Assembly (NCBI RefSeq): GCF_041956535.1
Contig: NW_027192198.1
Span: 1-64,000, forward strand
Length of the DNA stretch: 64,000 nt
Reading direction: 5' to 3'
Source of the DNA: Calcarisporiella thermophila CBS 279.70
Taxonomy: Eukaryota; Fungi; Calcarisporiellomycota
Shown: positions 12,944 through 24,930 of the stretch, piece after piece
How the letters are laid out: each line of letters begins with the position of its first letter
Numbering within the stretch: position 1 is the first letter of the stretch
Made by a program: the position numbers and the translations under genes
Notes under the pieces: generated by a model
Database searches by the model: none
Seen by the model: only the letters and a program-made list of their open reading frames with translations
Told to the model about the DNA's origin: nothing

Positions 12944-14451
12944 AATTCAAAATAAAATCCTGACACTTCCAAGTAAATTTTCCGATATTTCTTTTTCTTT
13001 AATCGAAGTTGTAAAAGTTAATACAAGTTGTTTGTATGTTGATTGTTGTTGGTTCGATGTCGGTTTGCTGTTCGAGTTGGAAGTTGTATGTCGTTTATCG
13101 GATTCGGAAATAATATTTAAAATCTCGTTTGGCTTTCGTTGTTCATGGTTATTATTTCGGTTGTCGGATTCATTGTTCGAGTTCGAGGTATCAATAGAAA
13201 CCGACGCTTCTACTGACGATAGTCTATCGATTTCGGCGGGGCTGGTCTGGGGAATTTTGGGTAATTAATCCTCAATGCGTTCAATTTCGTGGCATCGTAC
13301 GCAGCGTCCTCTCTTGTAGCGCGGAAAATCAATTAACTTTTTGGATTTCATTTTATCAAGTTCCACCGGTGTTGCGCCATCGTGTTGTTCTGTTGGCATT
13401 CTGTATATCGTAGGAGTTCTACGCATAATAGGAGGCTTGATTCGACTGAAATTATTATTGAAGTGAGTAGCTTCGTATCGTACGGCAATCTTCACAGCAT
13501 CGTTGAACGTGGGTGGTTCTCTATATTCTAATTCACCTCTGGTCTGCGGCTTGAGTCCTCTAATATACTTATCGATCAGTTCATCTTCGGTAATATTAGG
13601 AATTTGTAGCACTATTTTCCGAAATTCATTAGAATATTCTTGTGCACTCCTCGTCTGGCGAGAGATGGCGAGTTTATCTCGAGCTTGTTTTTCCGTATTG
13701 ACTGGCGAAAAGTGGCATATGAGTTCATTTTTGAATTCCTCCCATTTCTCGTAAGGTGTGTTTCTGGTAATTCTGAATTCCCACCAGACTGCAGCATCAT
13801 CTCTTAGCAAGGCGACAGCATACGGGATCTTAATGTGTTCTGGAGCGCGGGTTACCGTAAAATACCTTTCTAATTGTGTTATCCAAGGTCGAGAGCTGGT
13901 GTTTTTTCGGCCGCTGAAAGTTGATGGTTCCGGCATTCGAATGCTGAAGTTGAGGGTCTCTTCTGAGCTATTGCTGAACGTTAGGTCGTTATTATTGTTT
14001 TCCTTCATAATTCGATATTGATTCGTTTTCGGTTCGAGAAAGATAAAGGATTAAAAAAACTTTCGCTATCACGTGAGATAAACACAAGTCGGGTTCGGAT
14101 TATACTAATGTTTATTACGCGAAAAAGAGTTCGTAAAAAGATTCGTAAAATTTTCGGTAAAAGTTCGATAAAAAAATCGGTAAAAAGAATAGGTAAAAAC
14201 CTGAAAGTTCTACAAGTGGGTTTTATAAGTAAAAAAATATCCGAGATTGGTTGTTGGCGAAATTAACAGATATTGGGGGTGTTCACGCTTCCAGCTTATT
14301 CGGATTATTTTGCTTATTTTTAAGCAAAATTCTACATTTTAACTGGCTACTAAAAATCATTAACCAATCACAATGCGCTATTTCGCTTATTTATGATCAA
14401 AATAATCAGAATGAGAGGGAGCGTGAACACCCCCATTAGTTACTCGTTACA
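12944..14451 (-). mobile_element. Ty3/gypsy retroelement C: 5' LTR 14074..14451, degenerate iMet PBS (TGATAGCGA), gag ORF 13265..14008, cut off at the Tc1 end
   Basis: LTR TGTAACG...TCA; gag motifs EPSTFSG, AAVWW, WEEFKNEL, RQTRSAQEY, KYIRGLK, PVELD, decayed zinc knuckle CVRCHE. Confidence 0.85.
14275..14434. mobile_element. 160-bp MITE (PIF/Harbinger-like) with 15-bp TIR GGGGGTGTTCACGCT and 3-bp TSD ATT, nested in LTR C
   Basis: Perfect TIRs 14275-14289 / 14420-14434; ATT on both sides; empty site present in the paralogous LTR at ~9781-9800. Confidence 0.9.
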
Positions 14452-15106
14452 GGGACTAAGCAATTTATTAAGATTTTTTATCAGGTTAATAGATTAGTTA
14501 AATAATTAAATGGTTAATAAAATATCATACCACGTATATGATTCGATGACCCTGTAATAAGTCCACATTTGGAAAATGCTTAGATTAATGTAACATAAAA
14601 TAGTTTGTTAATGACATAGGGAAAATGCAGATTTCCCTATGTCAAAAAAATATTTATTTGGAAAACGCTCGTAGCTCCCATAATCATTTTATTGCATTGC
14701 ATCTCGCACTACTACAGTTTAATACGAATAATGAAATTTTCACTTTACCTTTCTTTGTATTTCGTTTCCCGCAGTCGCTGTCTTTCTAGTAAATTTCTTG
14801 GCTCTTAGTTACCTATTTTTAGCAGTCTAATGGCCTATATCTCTATTAGCATATCTTGAACGACCAGAGAAAACAACGCCGCACAACCATCAAATCAAAT
14901 CACAAATGAGTGAGTCATAAGAGTAGCACAACACCGCATTAGAGAAAGTTGACGTGTTTCTTGGACAAAAAACTTGGTATAGCACCAAGTAATATAGGAT
15001 ATTGACAGACTTACTCATACACCATACAATAATGCACCATAGTCAGAGTATAAATACTTGGTAATTCGAAGGTTTTATTTGTAGTCAAATCACAATCATA
15101 ATATTA

Positions 15107-17340
15107 ATGATAAGAATTATAGCTCTTCTAGTGTTATTTACTAACATATCCGCTGCGCCAAGCGCGGAAAAACTCGGTCGCATCTCCATTGCCACAGTGG
15201 ATAATCTAGATCCTGCAGAGAAACAAGTGAGCTCACTACTCTTGCATCAGAAAATCAATGCTCAGAGTGCGTTGAATGCATGCCAGCATTGGAATGAGAC
15301 GGTCTATCCGCTCGACAAAATAGACACGGCTGCGCGTCAGATATTCAAAGATAGGGCATATAGAGAATATAAGCCGTTTATCAATAGTCCATACTGGGTG
15401 CAGACTGCTTCAGATTCGAATAAACAAACATGCAATGCATTAGATCTGAGCAAATTCAAATTAGTTCAGATGCCCTGTTCTCAAGAACTACCTGTCCTAT
15501 GCACCAATACACAAGACGTGAAGGTGAAGGAGCTTGACAAGGCCGGCGTGCCGCCACCGGCTTCCTCTTATGTGGAGATAGACATTACTGTAGGGCGCGT
15601 AAAGGGATACCGAGACTTGGACTCATTTCGGTTCCTAGGGGTTCCCTATGCTCAACCCCCTGTTGGCGAGCTACGATTTGAACCAACTTTGCCATTAGAG
15701 AGGCATAATGAAACTATCGATGCAACTGAAGCTGGACCATGGTGTCTTCAACGCAAATATAGCTTTATCCCCGCTCGACGTGAGAGTGAGGACTGTTTGA
15801 CTCTGAATGTATACACGTCTTATTTACCTCAAGAGGTGAAAGAAGACTTGCGCCCGGTTTTGTTCTGGTAAATGGAGATAACAAAACGCATGTAGTGATA
15901 ACAATACTAACCACCCAGCACACTAATACTGCTCTATATTAGGATTTATGGGGGTTCCTTTTCGATCGGAGCGTCATCTGATCCAGCCTTTGATGGTGCA
16001 GTGTATGCTTCGCGAGAAGATCTTGTTGTAGTAACCTTCAACTATCGTCTCGACTACCTTGGTTTCTTGACCATGAGTAAAGATAGTCAAGGCAAAGAGC
16101 TTAAGGGCAACCAAGCTGTGCATGATGCGCTACTCGCTTTGAAATGGACGCATGATAATATTGCTAAATTTGGTGGCGACCCTTCGCGTATCACGGTTGC
16201 TGGTGAGAGCGCGGGCGGAATAATGGCGGACGCTTTAATGATGGTACCCGAAGCAAAACAGTATTTTAACAAATCAATTTTGATATCAAATACTCCAGGG
16301 GATAAGGTGAGCTCTCCATATTCGACATGGAACCATTACGCTTTTGATAAGGCATAAAGTGATTAGATTATTGTATATATTCAAGTTCTATCGAAGTCCT
16401 GAAGTTTATCAGCATATCTCACAAGCAGTCGCAAAGGCAGTCAATTGCACCAACGATATCGCTTGTTTAAAGCGCGCAGATGCTAATCAAATCATAGCGG
16501 CATCACAATATAACGGGGTACCTTTTCCCACTGTAGATTCCTTTGTTACAAAGGAATTTACAGAGGTTGAATCAGTCGATATTCCTTTAGTATTCGGTGA
16601 GCTTTGAGACGAGATTTCATAAATTATACTGAGGGATAAAACTAAGTGATAAATACTAAACAATAAATGCTAACCCTGGCATATCGATAGGTTTCGATAA
16701 AAATGAAGCAGAAGTACTACTACAGTTCATGTCAGCGAAAGTAGATACGCCGCAAGAATACATCGCATATTTAAAAATATTCATCAACGAGACCTATATC
16801 CCTCAGATCCTTTCCTCCAAACTCTATGGTGAAACGTATGGACCCAATAATACTCAACGATGGCCACAAAATACCGCTGCAAACTCAATGGCGACCTTGA
16901 TTGGACACCGCCTACTACATTGCCCAATGCTTCGATTAGCCAAGCGTTTTGCCAAACAGAGCCCAGTATATATGTTTGCATTTGAAAAGGGATACAATGA
17001 GTATTATGATGTTGTTCAAGGTCATTCAGATCTATGTATGGAGCCAGGCAAGACTTGTCATCAGACAGAGCTACCCTACTTTTTCGGCAGCGTACGTCGT
17101 CCTGAATTCCGTACCAGAAATCCGGATTACGCTTTTGCTCGGCGAGTTGTGGCCAGGTTCGGACAGTTTATGCGCGAGGGTAATATGGCGGTGAAAGGCT
17201 TAGAGCCTGCTTGGGATGCTTTGAAACCTGGGCAAGCGGCCGACGTGTATGTGTTTGGTGAGGAGGACAAAATTCGTCCCGACTATGGCTTGCAAGAGAT
17301 ATGCGCCTTTTGGGACTCTCTACTTGGCGACGCACTTTAA
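15107..17340 (+). CDS. Secreted type-B carboxylesterase with N-terminal Cys-rich (C-type lectin-like) segment, 4 exons
   Basis: Signal peptide; FLGVPYAQPPVGELRF, SEDCLTLNVY, IYGGSF, FGGDPSRITVAGESAG, KNE, CHQTELPYFFG (S/E/H triad). Confidence 0.92.
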
Positions 17341-17697
17341 AGAAGAAATCAATGTTTTTTCTTCCATGCCTTCGACTGAACTTATAACTGAAACGATTCA
17401 AGAGTGCAAGACTTCTTAAAATAAAATTATTTCAATGTAGTGGTTCGTTTTGTAGACTACGGACTTAGGTTAGGTAAGCAATCCACGCCTCACGATTATG
17501 AGGCCAATTTATTGGATAAAATGAGTTGGTACAAAGAAATAGAGATAAAAATATAAAATATAAAATGGTATGATAATTTGAACGCGATTTTGCTATAACT
17601 ATGAACTTCCAAGGAGACGTTTCCTCGGCCGTCCCAAGGAGAAGGGAGGGACAAAAGAAAAAAAAAATCAAAACAATCTTTTCAACCAAAAAATATA

Positions 17698-18799
17698 CAG
17701 GGTGGGCAAAAATGGTTAACATACATAGACACGTTATCCATTCTTATAGGATAGATATTAATTTTTTAATATCTACCCTAGAAGAATGGATGGTAAAATT
17801 ATTGTAAATACAGAATATTCGGCATTTACGCTATTTTTAAGAACATATGAAAGCCACAATTGAAAGAGGAGAAACTAAACGCCGGGAGATTGAAGTTGAA
17901 AAATGTGTTGAAATGTACTTAGTGAATATACCAATTACATATATAGTTTTGATAAAATGTATTTAGTCCTCACTGTTTGCTAGTACTTTGTGTGTCCTCC
18001 TTTTGCATTATATACAGCGCGCACTCGCTCTGGCATGCTTGAGTAAAGCTTGCTGACATAATCCGCGTCTATGCTCTACCATTCCTTCTCGATTCGTTCC
18101 CACAGCTCAGTCTTATTCTTCGACAGTCTTTGATAATAACTGAGTCTTCGCTTCAATCCGCTTCACAAATGATCCATAAGATTAAGATCTGGAGACTGAG
18201 AGAGCCACTCTAGTACCTCTATCCTGTTATTCCACAACCATTCTAGAGTGATTTTGGAATTATGTTTGGGATCGTTGTCATATTGAAACGTGATTTGTGA
18301 TTTATTGATCCCATAATACTCCAGCGATGTAAGGTAGTCTACATTGAGGATGGCTGTATATAATACGGCGTCGAGTCCACCATCGATACGGCACAAATGA
18401 TCAACGTTTCAATATTTCCTTGCAAACTCTATCCTCCGTCTTTGGTGCGCAGTTGTGAGAAGAGACTTCCTTGGTCGCACACGGGCAAGCGGTTCGTTAC
18501 GTTTGACCGTCAGCCTTACAACGCCGACAGACATATTGAGCTCGAATTCGTTCTTGAGATACCTTTGAACTGCAGTTGTATTTTTACGCTGATAGTAGTG
18601 TTACTATCTTTCTCTCTTGCCTCTCACTTAGAATTCGAGAGCGACCACTAGAGGGCGTTTTGAAATCGAGGCAATGCCGCCTTTCTCCTGCGATGACCTT
18701 CGCAACTGTTGAATAATGCATATCGAGAAGTGTAGCTAGGGTTTGGTGGCAAGGCATTCCCTCTTTGGAATACTGGATTATGCTGGCACGAGTTAGCAT
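17698..18799 (-). mobile_element. Tc1/mariner element 2, internally deleted; TIR-like end TA|CAGGGTGGGCAAAAATGG at 17698
   Basis: FQYDNDPKH...SQSPDLNLMDHL (18163..18396), C-terminus AKGGHTKY* at 17980, HTH remnant 18584..18799. Confidence 0.88.
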
Positions 18800-19499
18800 T
18801 CTAGAACAGTCGCAGAAGTGACATAATGTATAGGTCCTTACCGAGTATTAATTATAAATGCGTGGCGCATATGAGAAAGATATTCCATTAGCGCTCAGCA
18901 GATGGGATCGAGGGTAGTGATACTTACCAACTATTTAACGTGAACACGATGGCACAAAGGAAAAGGTCACTCCATTAAAACCAATGAAATTGCACTTATA
19001 TTGTAGTATAACGATACCTAGCGCCTATTCAAAGTAGGTGGGAGGCAGAAATTGCACAAATACTTTCTCAGCATGCAAAAGAACAAAAATGTATTCATCA
19101 TGAATAAAGGAAATTTACGCACTTTTGGTGAGAATAAATCGCGCTAATTATGAAATAAAAGTTAGCAAATTGAATGAATGACAATGTGGCAGGGTACTTA
19201 CTCTCTATTGTTAATGGATGAGACAATAGAATAGTAGTAGAATATATCAGAGTTAAATGGTATAATGGTGCATATATTGTAGACTAAGTATACTTACCGA
19301 CTAAATACATAGCACAATTTGAGAGGTATATACTCGATGAGGTCGAGTATTTCATTAATCATCAATTGAATATCTGCTTAAGTGATAGCAATAATCTAAA
19401 AAGGACGGGCTAATTTTGCAATAGAATTTTAATGAAAAATGCATGGTAATCGTGGGGGTATGGTAAGCAGCAATTAGTTTCAAATTGCATTCATTGCGA

Positions 19500-20000
19500 A
19501 TAAGGCTAGCGGTAGCCATGTGCTGGATGGCGCAAATATCCACGAAGTTGACGCTGAATCTGACGCGCTGCATGTTGGCTGATTTCACTACCTAATAAGT
19601 CTGCGGTTAATGCTTTGTCAAAGGGGTTAGAAAAAGAGATGAAGAGAACGGAGAGCAGCGGAATGCACCGCCGAGACCTTTATTTGCTTGCGAGTCCAAG
19701 AGGAATCGATTGCGCCAGGCGATATGCTGGATGAGTGCATGCAGGCAGTGGAGTTCAAACCTGTTGTGCATTTCTCCCTAGGAGAGGTGCTGATGGGCAA
19801 TGCGATCTCCCGGTGCCCAAGCCATCCACCAAATCAGAATTCAGTCAATCTTTTTCAGCCGCAATCTCGGGACCATTGCGTGTATATTGGTCAACGACCA
19901 AGCCCTGAGTAGTGCGGCATAACCTTAATTAGAGTTGATGATCGCTGTATTTGCAAACCATCCAGGCACCCATACAAATTCTGGCATTTTGATTGAGCCG
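19500..20000 (-). pseudogene. Possible heavily decayed ORM1/ORMDL-like pseudogene
   Basis: Fragments AWSLTNIHA, WEK..GLNSTA and KSANMQRVRF in the expected order with GT-AG remnants; similarity is weak. Confidence 0.3.
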
Positions 20001-20449
20001 TTGACAGTCAGCAGGATGCAGCGAGGAGAAAAAAGCAAGAAAGCGACGCAGCCGTGCTGGTGAGGATGCAATCGTTGAATTATACTAGCTGTAGTAGCTT
20101 CGAGAGACTGCGGAATGTCTCGAAAAAGTCCCCGTAAGAAAAATAGGCTGAAATCGAACTGACGTTATTTTCAATGTTTCAAAATTTTATATAACATGGT
20201 CCAAAATTGGAAAAAATCTAAAAGCCAAAATTTTTGCTTTGAAAGTCAGGAGACCAGTTTCGGCCGTAATATCAAATAAATTCATGATAAAACCCATATT
20301 ATCAGTTAAATAGTGTATATTTATCTAGAAAAGAAAGGGCTTAGTTTTAGCATCAATGCTCCGGAAATAATTCAACCATTCCAAATATTTGTCAGACTTT
20401 GTTATGCACAAAGCTATTATACTAGAAAACCATAATAATAATATAGATT

Positions 20450-22330
20450 TTCTGGACCTTGCATAATTTTTCGTAAAAATTCCATCAGGTTGTAATTTCC
20501 CAGGGCAAGATACTGAAACTGTTTTTATCCACCACGTAGATTCGTGATCCCTTTTGTATCCACATTACATATTTACCCATTACTTCGACGCCAATAAACT
20601 CCCAAGAGCTACGGGTTTTCTTATATCATATGCATCTTTGTGACAAACCACTGTTCAACGCACGAACGCCGGCATAAGATCTTCTTGAAATTTATGGTGG
20701 AGATAAAACTACGTTGGATAACGATTTGGTAAGTGGAAAGTTTAAAAAAATTCATCTTCCAATGCTCATGTTGAATAAGTAAAGAGTACAAAGAGCCTAT
20801 AAATATTTCGCGGTGGTCTTCCAATTCCACCGCTTGTTGGGATCTCCTTCTGATATTTCTGCATTGAGGTGCCAACTTCTTCCAACATAGCTGTAGATAA
20901 AACATGCTCAGGTTTGAAGTCAGCTTCTTTAGGTAAAGGAAAATCATCAGACCAATGTGCGTACATAAGTGGGGCTACTACAAATTGATGAAACAGTTGA
21001 CGCTGAGCTGTGCTTGAAGGAAATAATACTATGATATTCAATACAATATCTACTATGCTTACCAATGTTTTCGAAAACCAAGTGCACTGTGTATATAGGA
21101 AATGATATTGGGAATAAGGTAATATTGAGGTTAAAGAGGATTATGCTTGAACCACAAGGTAAAATAAAAAACAAAATTAACCATCGATTTTTACTATCCA
21201 CTCCGTGGCTAATTGATAATCAATTATATATCATTTACCAATCCCCTTCATTAAAACTTTGTGCTCTTGGTTTGATCTTCTTTCCGCTGCGGCTAATTGC
21301 TGCAAGATATCAAGAGTCTGTCTGTGAGTTCTCAGGGCCGGAATTTGAATGTTAACTAGCGGAAAATAAAAGTATCTCGATTGAGGTTGATAGGTTCTTT
21401 GAATCATGCAGTAGTGGCATCCTCGATATGAAATGGTTCCAATAAGCCCTGCTAATTTCGAAATAGCACGAATATCGCCAGACTAAAACACTGTGTATGC
21501 ATGTAGTGTGAAATTATTGTTGGTAGACCGGTTAAAACAAAGTACCCCATTTCGAGTTTAGAAAAAATAGAAAATGATATTGATACAGTAACTATTTAAT
21601 GTAAACTAGTGAAATATATCGTACTTTGAAGTTGCTTTAACTTGTCCACTATAGACATCAATAAGGAGTTGAAGTCTTTCAGTTGTTCAGGGCCAGGAAT
21701 GAATGTTGCAATATGGTTATTATCTTTTTTTTTTTGTGTGTTCTTTGAGTGACAAATTATGATTGACGAAAATTACTGCCCAACACTCGTGTGTTTTTCT
21801 ATGAAAAAGAATGCGTCAACTATAATACTGTAGATGGTATGAGTAGTATACATATCCGCCAAAATAGCTGCATGCAGCGATTCAATTCCACCAGATTCAT
21901 TATTGATGTAAAATTCGTCTGGAGATGAAACCTTACTGTTTGAAAATTTGGAACCCATCGGAAGATCCTGAAAATGCGACATCATATGGGCCCGTAAAAA
22001 ATCCCATTAGAACAAGTTCCTTTTAGCGCCTGCCATCGAAAATATCACCATAATCTTTTTCGAGAGAATTATGGGTTGAAGTAATGCAGCTCGAATGATC
22101 TGTATACCACTTCCCTGTAGCTATGATAAGATATACTGTAGTTTATGCCAGAAATTTATACTTCTGATGTTTTATTATATTTCCATGACTATGAATAATT
22201 CACGATTTGTGCTTCGAAGGAGCAGATATCATCCAGGAAGAGAGTCTGGGGCACGATGCCTAAAGGGCATTGGCCAAGCCTGTGAATGCTTATTTCTGAT
22301 ACAGTACGTACTTGTACGTATGTCTGTAGC
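20450..22330 (-). mobile_element. Decayed CACTA/EnSpm (Transposase_21-type) transposase
   Basis: Hand translation: YGDIFDGRR*KELVLMGFFTGPYDVAFSGSSDGFQIFK; FIPGPEQLKDFNSLLMSIVDKLKQL; GDIRAISKLAGLIGTISYRGCHYCMI; VHLVFENIGKH; IGRPPRNI. No TIR found. Confidence 0.88.
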
Positions 22331-22478
22331 CAAATTTTACGTGAAAATGTTTTTAGCACTTTTCGCCATATGGACCTTTATTTTCAACTACTTTCTCAAT
22401 ATCATGAGGTTACATATTATCAAATCGAAGATATCATGGACATAATTATATAGAATATAAAAAACTGGAAATGGCCCT

Positions 22479-22868
22479 CTAATAGCATCCATCATGGTCA
22501 CCATTTTTACTTCCCCATTTGTTTATACAGCACTCATAGAAGAGGCGACATTTTTTACTTCCTTGCAAACCATAGCATCTACGATTTCCGTGTACACTTC
22601 CTCCTACTCTGTCGCAGCAATCTCCGGTAGATTGTCCCCAGAATTTTTCTTTCGAGGGCTTGTAGCACCAAGAGCCCGATTCAGCAACGGCTTGACTACG
22701 TGGCTCATCTTCTGCTTGATTAGCAGCAACAGATTTATTCTGTTGCTGGAGGATACACTCGTTCTTTTGAGTATCGGTCAACGCAGACTCGGCACACACA
22801 TCCACGGCTTGGACGGTCAAAGAGAGAGTTGCGAAAAGAGCAGCAATAATATAAAGCTTCATTTTCAA
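22479..22868 (-). CDS. Small secreted Cys-rich protein (129 aa), KP6-like 8-Cys C-terminal domain
   Basis: Intact ORF, signal peptide, acidic pro-region, C-x15-CC-x12-C-x8-C-x5-CC-x13-C; TATA-like TATAAAT upstream. Confidence 0.8.
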   Translation of the reverse strand: MKMKLYIIAALFATLSLTVQAVDVCAESALTDTQKNECILQQQNKSVAANQAEDEPRSQAVAESGSWCYKPSKEKFWGQSTGDCCDRVGGSVHGNRRCYGLQGSKKCRLFYECCINKWGSKNGDHDGCY

Positions 22869-24612
22869 TTATTTGCTTATTATCTACTGTAGATAGAGCA
22901 CTTATTGGAATGAGAAAATTTTAAATGTACTAGAACGTGTATTTATACTTATTTCTGTAAAGATGTTGATCCTCGAATAATTGCTAAAATTTCCTTAATA
23001 GTTTCATCCAGGGGACAGATTGATGCTGTTTGACTCATGGGAAATCTTTGCAATTAAAGGAAGGTAGCATACAGCGCCCCTTTCTACGTTTCTGATTTTC
23101 TTAATTATGTAAGGCACTTTTAATATAATTGCTTATGAGAGAAGAATAAAAAATAGGATAGAAAAAAAAAAATGAAAGTAAATATGAAAGTAAAAAGCCT
23201 TAATTTCTCCACCCATCATATAGTCCCCTCTCCCCTACAAGCATACCTTATAGTGGCGCTGGTATTTCGTAATTTTCAGATCTTTAGAAAAATTACTACA
23301 GTATGTTTAATAATGGCATATCTATATTATTAATATAATGAGAACAGATATAAAGTTAGAAAGAATTAAAGATACAAAAGCTAATTTTGCACCTAATTTT
23401 CGGCAGAGTAGCTTATGTTATGAAAAATCCTAATTCTGACACTCATGCTATTCATAAACTTATAATGAACTTCAAGGGGAATATTTTTTATTCTTCCTTT
23501 AAAACTTGATAAAGCTAGTCAAGGGTTAAATGATGGAAGAGGAAAAATGCATCCAACTCAGAAAATATTGAAGAAATAAAGTCTTTTTCGACATCTTCTC
23601 ATTTGTACATAGGTAGTGTAACCCGAATATGTGATGAGAACTTGAAGTCTACAATCGAGAAAAACCCATTTAGAGTTAATTAATAGAAGTTTTACCTCAC
23701 CATTGAAGCTTGCTTCGAATAACGTGGGGCCAGTAGTATTTTGTCAAACAAATGCTCAGCTTAAATATCGATGTTTATTATATTACTAATCAATAACAAG
23801 AGTTGTCATTTTTGACAAAAAATTCGAGAATGGTTTAAATATCGTATTCAGATACTACATTTTCACTTCATGAAATTATATACATGAAACTCACTTATAT
23901 GATAATTCACCATTTTTAGAAATGGATTGCTCTATTCTCTTTGTATACTACTGTTAATAATGTATGATATGCTATTATATGGGTTGTAGCGATGTTTGTC
24001 TATATTTTTTAGGTTATTGGCTGTGCTGGTTCTATTTCTATTATTCTTTTTTTGTTAACTCTAAATACAAAAATTACGATTTCTATTTCATTTTCCAGAT
24101 CTCTAATCCAATGGTTTATCTAGTACGACGCGAAATGCGGAGGTATGTCAAAAGAGAAACTTCTAGCTTGAACTCGATCGAATAATTCAGCGTTTAGAGC
24201 AAAAAAAGCTAAAAAATAACCCAATGACTACTTTATATAAAATCACGTATACAAATACTTGGATGCTCATAGCCACGTGTTAGGCAGATTATTTATGATA
24301 AGATTATTGAAAAATTAAATTTACGATGCAAATTTAATCTACTAAAATAATATAACTCGGAGATCATCTACAATCACAACATTATCAATGCTCCTCTATC
24401 CCATCTAAAACAACGTCAGCCTTTATCTTGTTTCATACTCTTGTCTGCTCCATAGCCACATAGTCAACCATTAGCCACTGCATCATTCTTTTATCTGATA
24501 CTCTAAATATGTATTTTTTATTTGATTTTAATAACAACAACTATAGTTTTTTCTCCTTGGTAATTCCTCGATTTTCCCACCGAACACTGACACATCAACT
24601 CCAGTTACACTA

Positions 24613-24649
24613 TTAAGCCGTCGCGTACGCTAGTTTTATGTAAGAATTA
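24613..24649 (+). repeat. 37-bp direct repeat copy 1 (Harbinger-like terminus)
   Basis: TTAAGCCGTCGCgtACGCTAGttttatGTAAGAATTA; 31/37 identical to 29004..29040. Confidence 0.75.
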
Positions 24650-24930
24650 AATACTATAAGTATGAAAGTAGTAAATATTCTGTCGTGTTACAGTATTCCA
24701 ACTCTAACATCGCCCCGCCAATGTACTTCATAGGATGCTAAATTAAGAGGAATTAAAAATTATGAATATTTATTTTTATTCATCATCACTTCAATATATG
24801 ATCCAGATCCATAAAAATAAATAGGAGCATTACGATCATATTACAAGCAAAATAAAAAAATCAACAAATAAATAAATATATAGAAGGGTATTGCAAATAC
24901 CCTAGCACTGATAGGTAAAAGGATAGAATA

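Noticed and set aside
14274-14435. TG...CA ends suggesting this 162-bp unit is itself an LTR
   Set aside because: The empty site in the paralogous LTR and the 3-bp TSD show it is a nested TIR element.
22479-22868. Hydrophobin call from the C-CC-C-C-CC-C pattern
   Set aside because: Spacing fits neither class well, and the domain is basic and hydrophilic with no hydrophobic patch.
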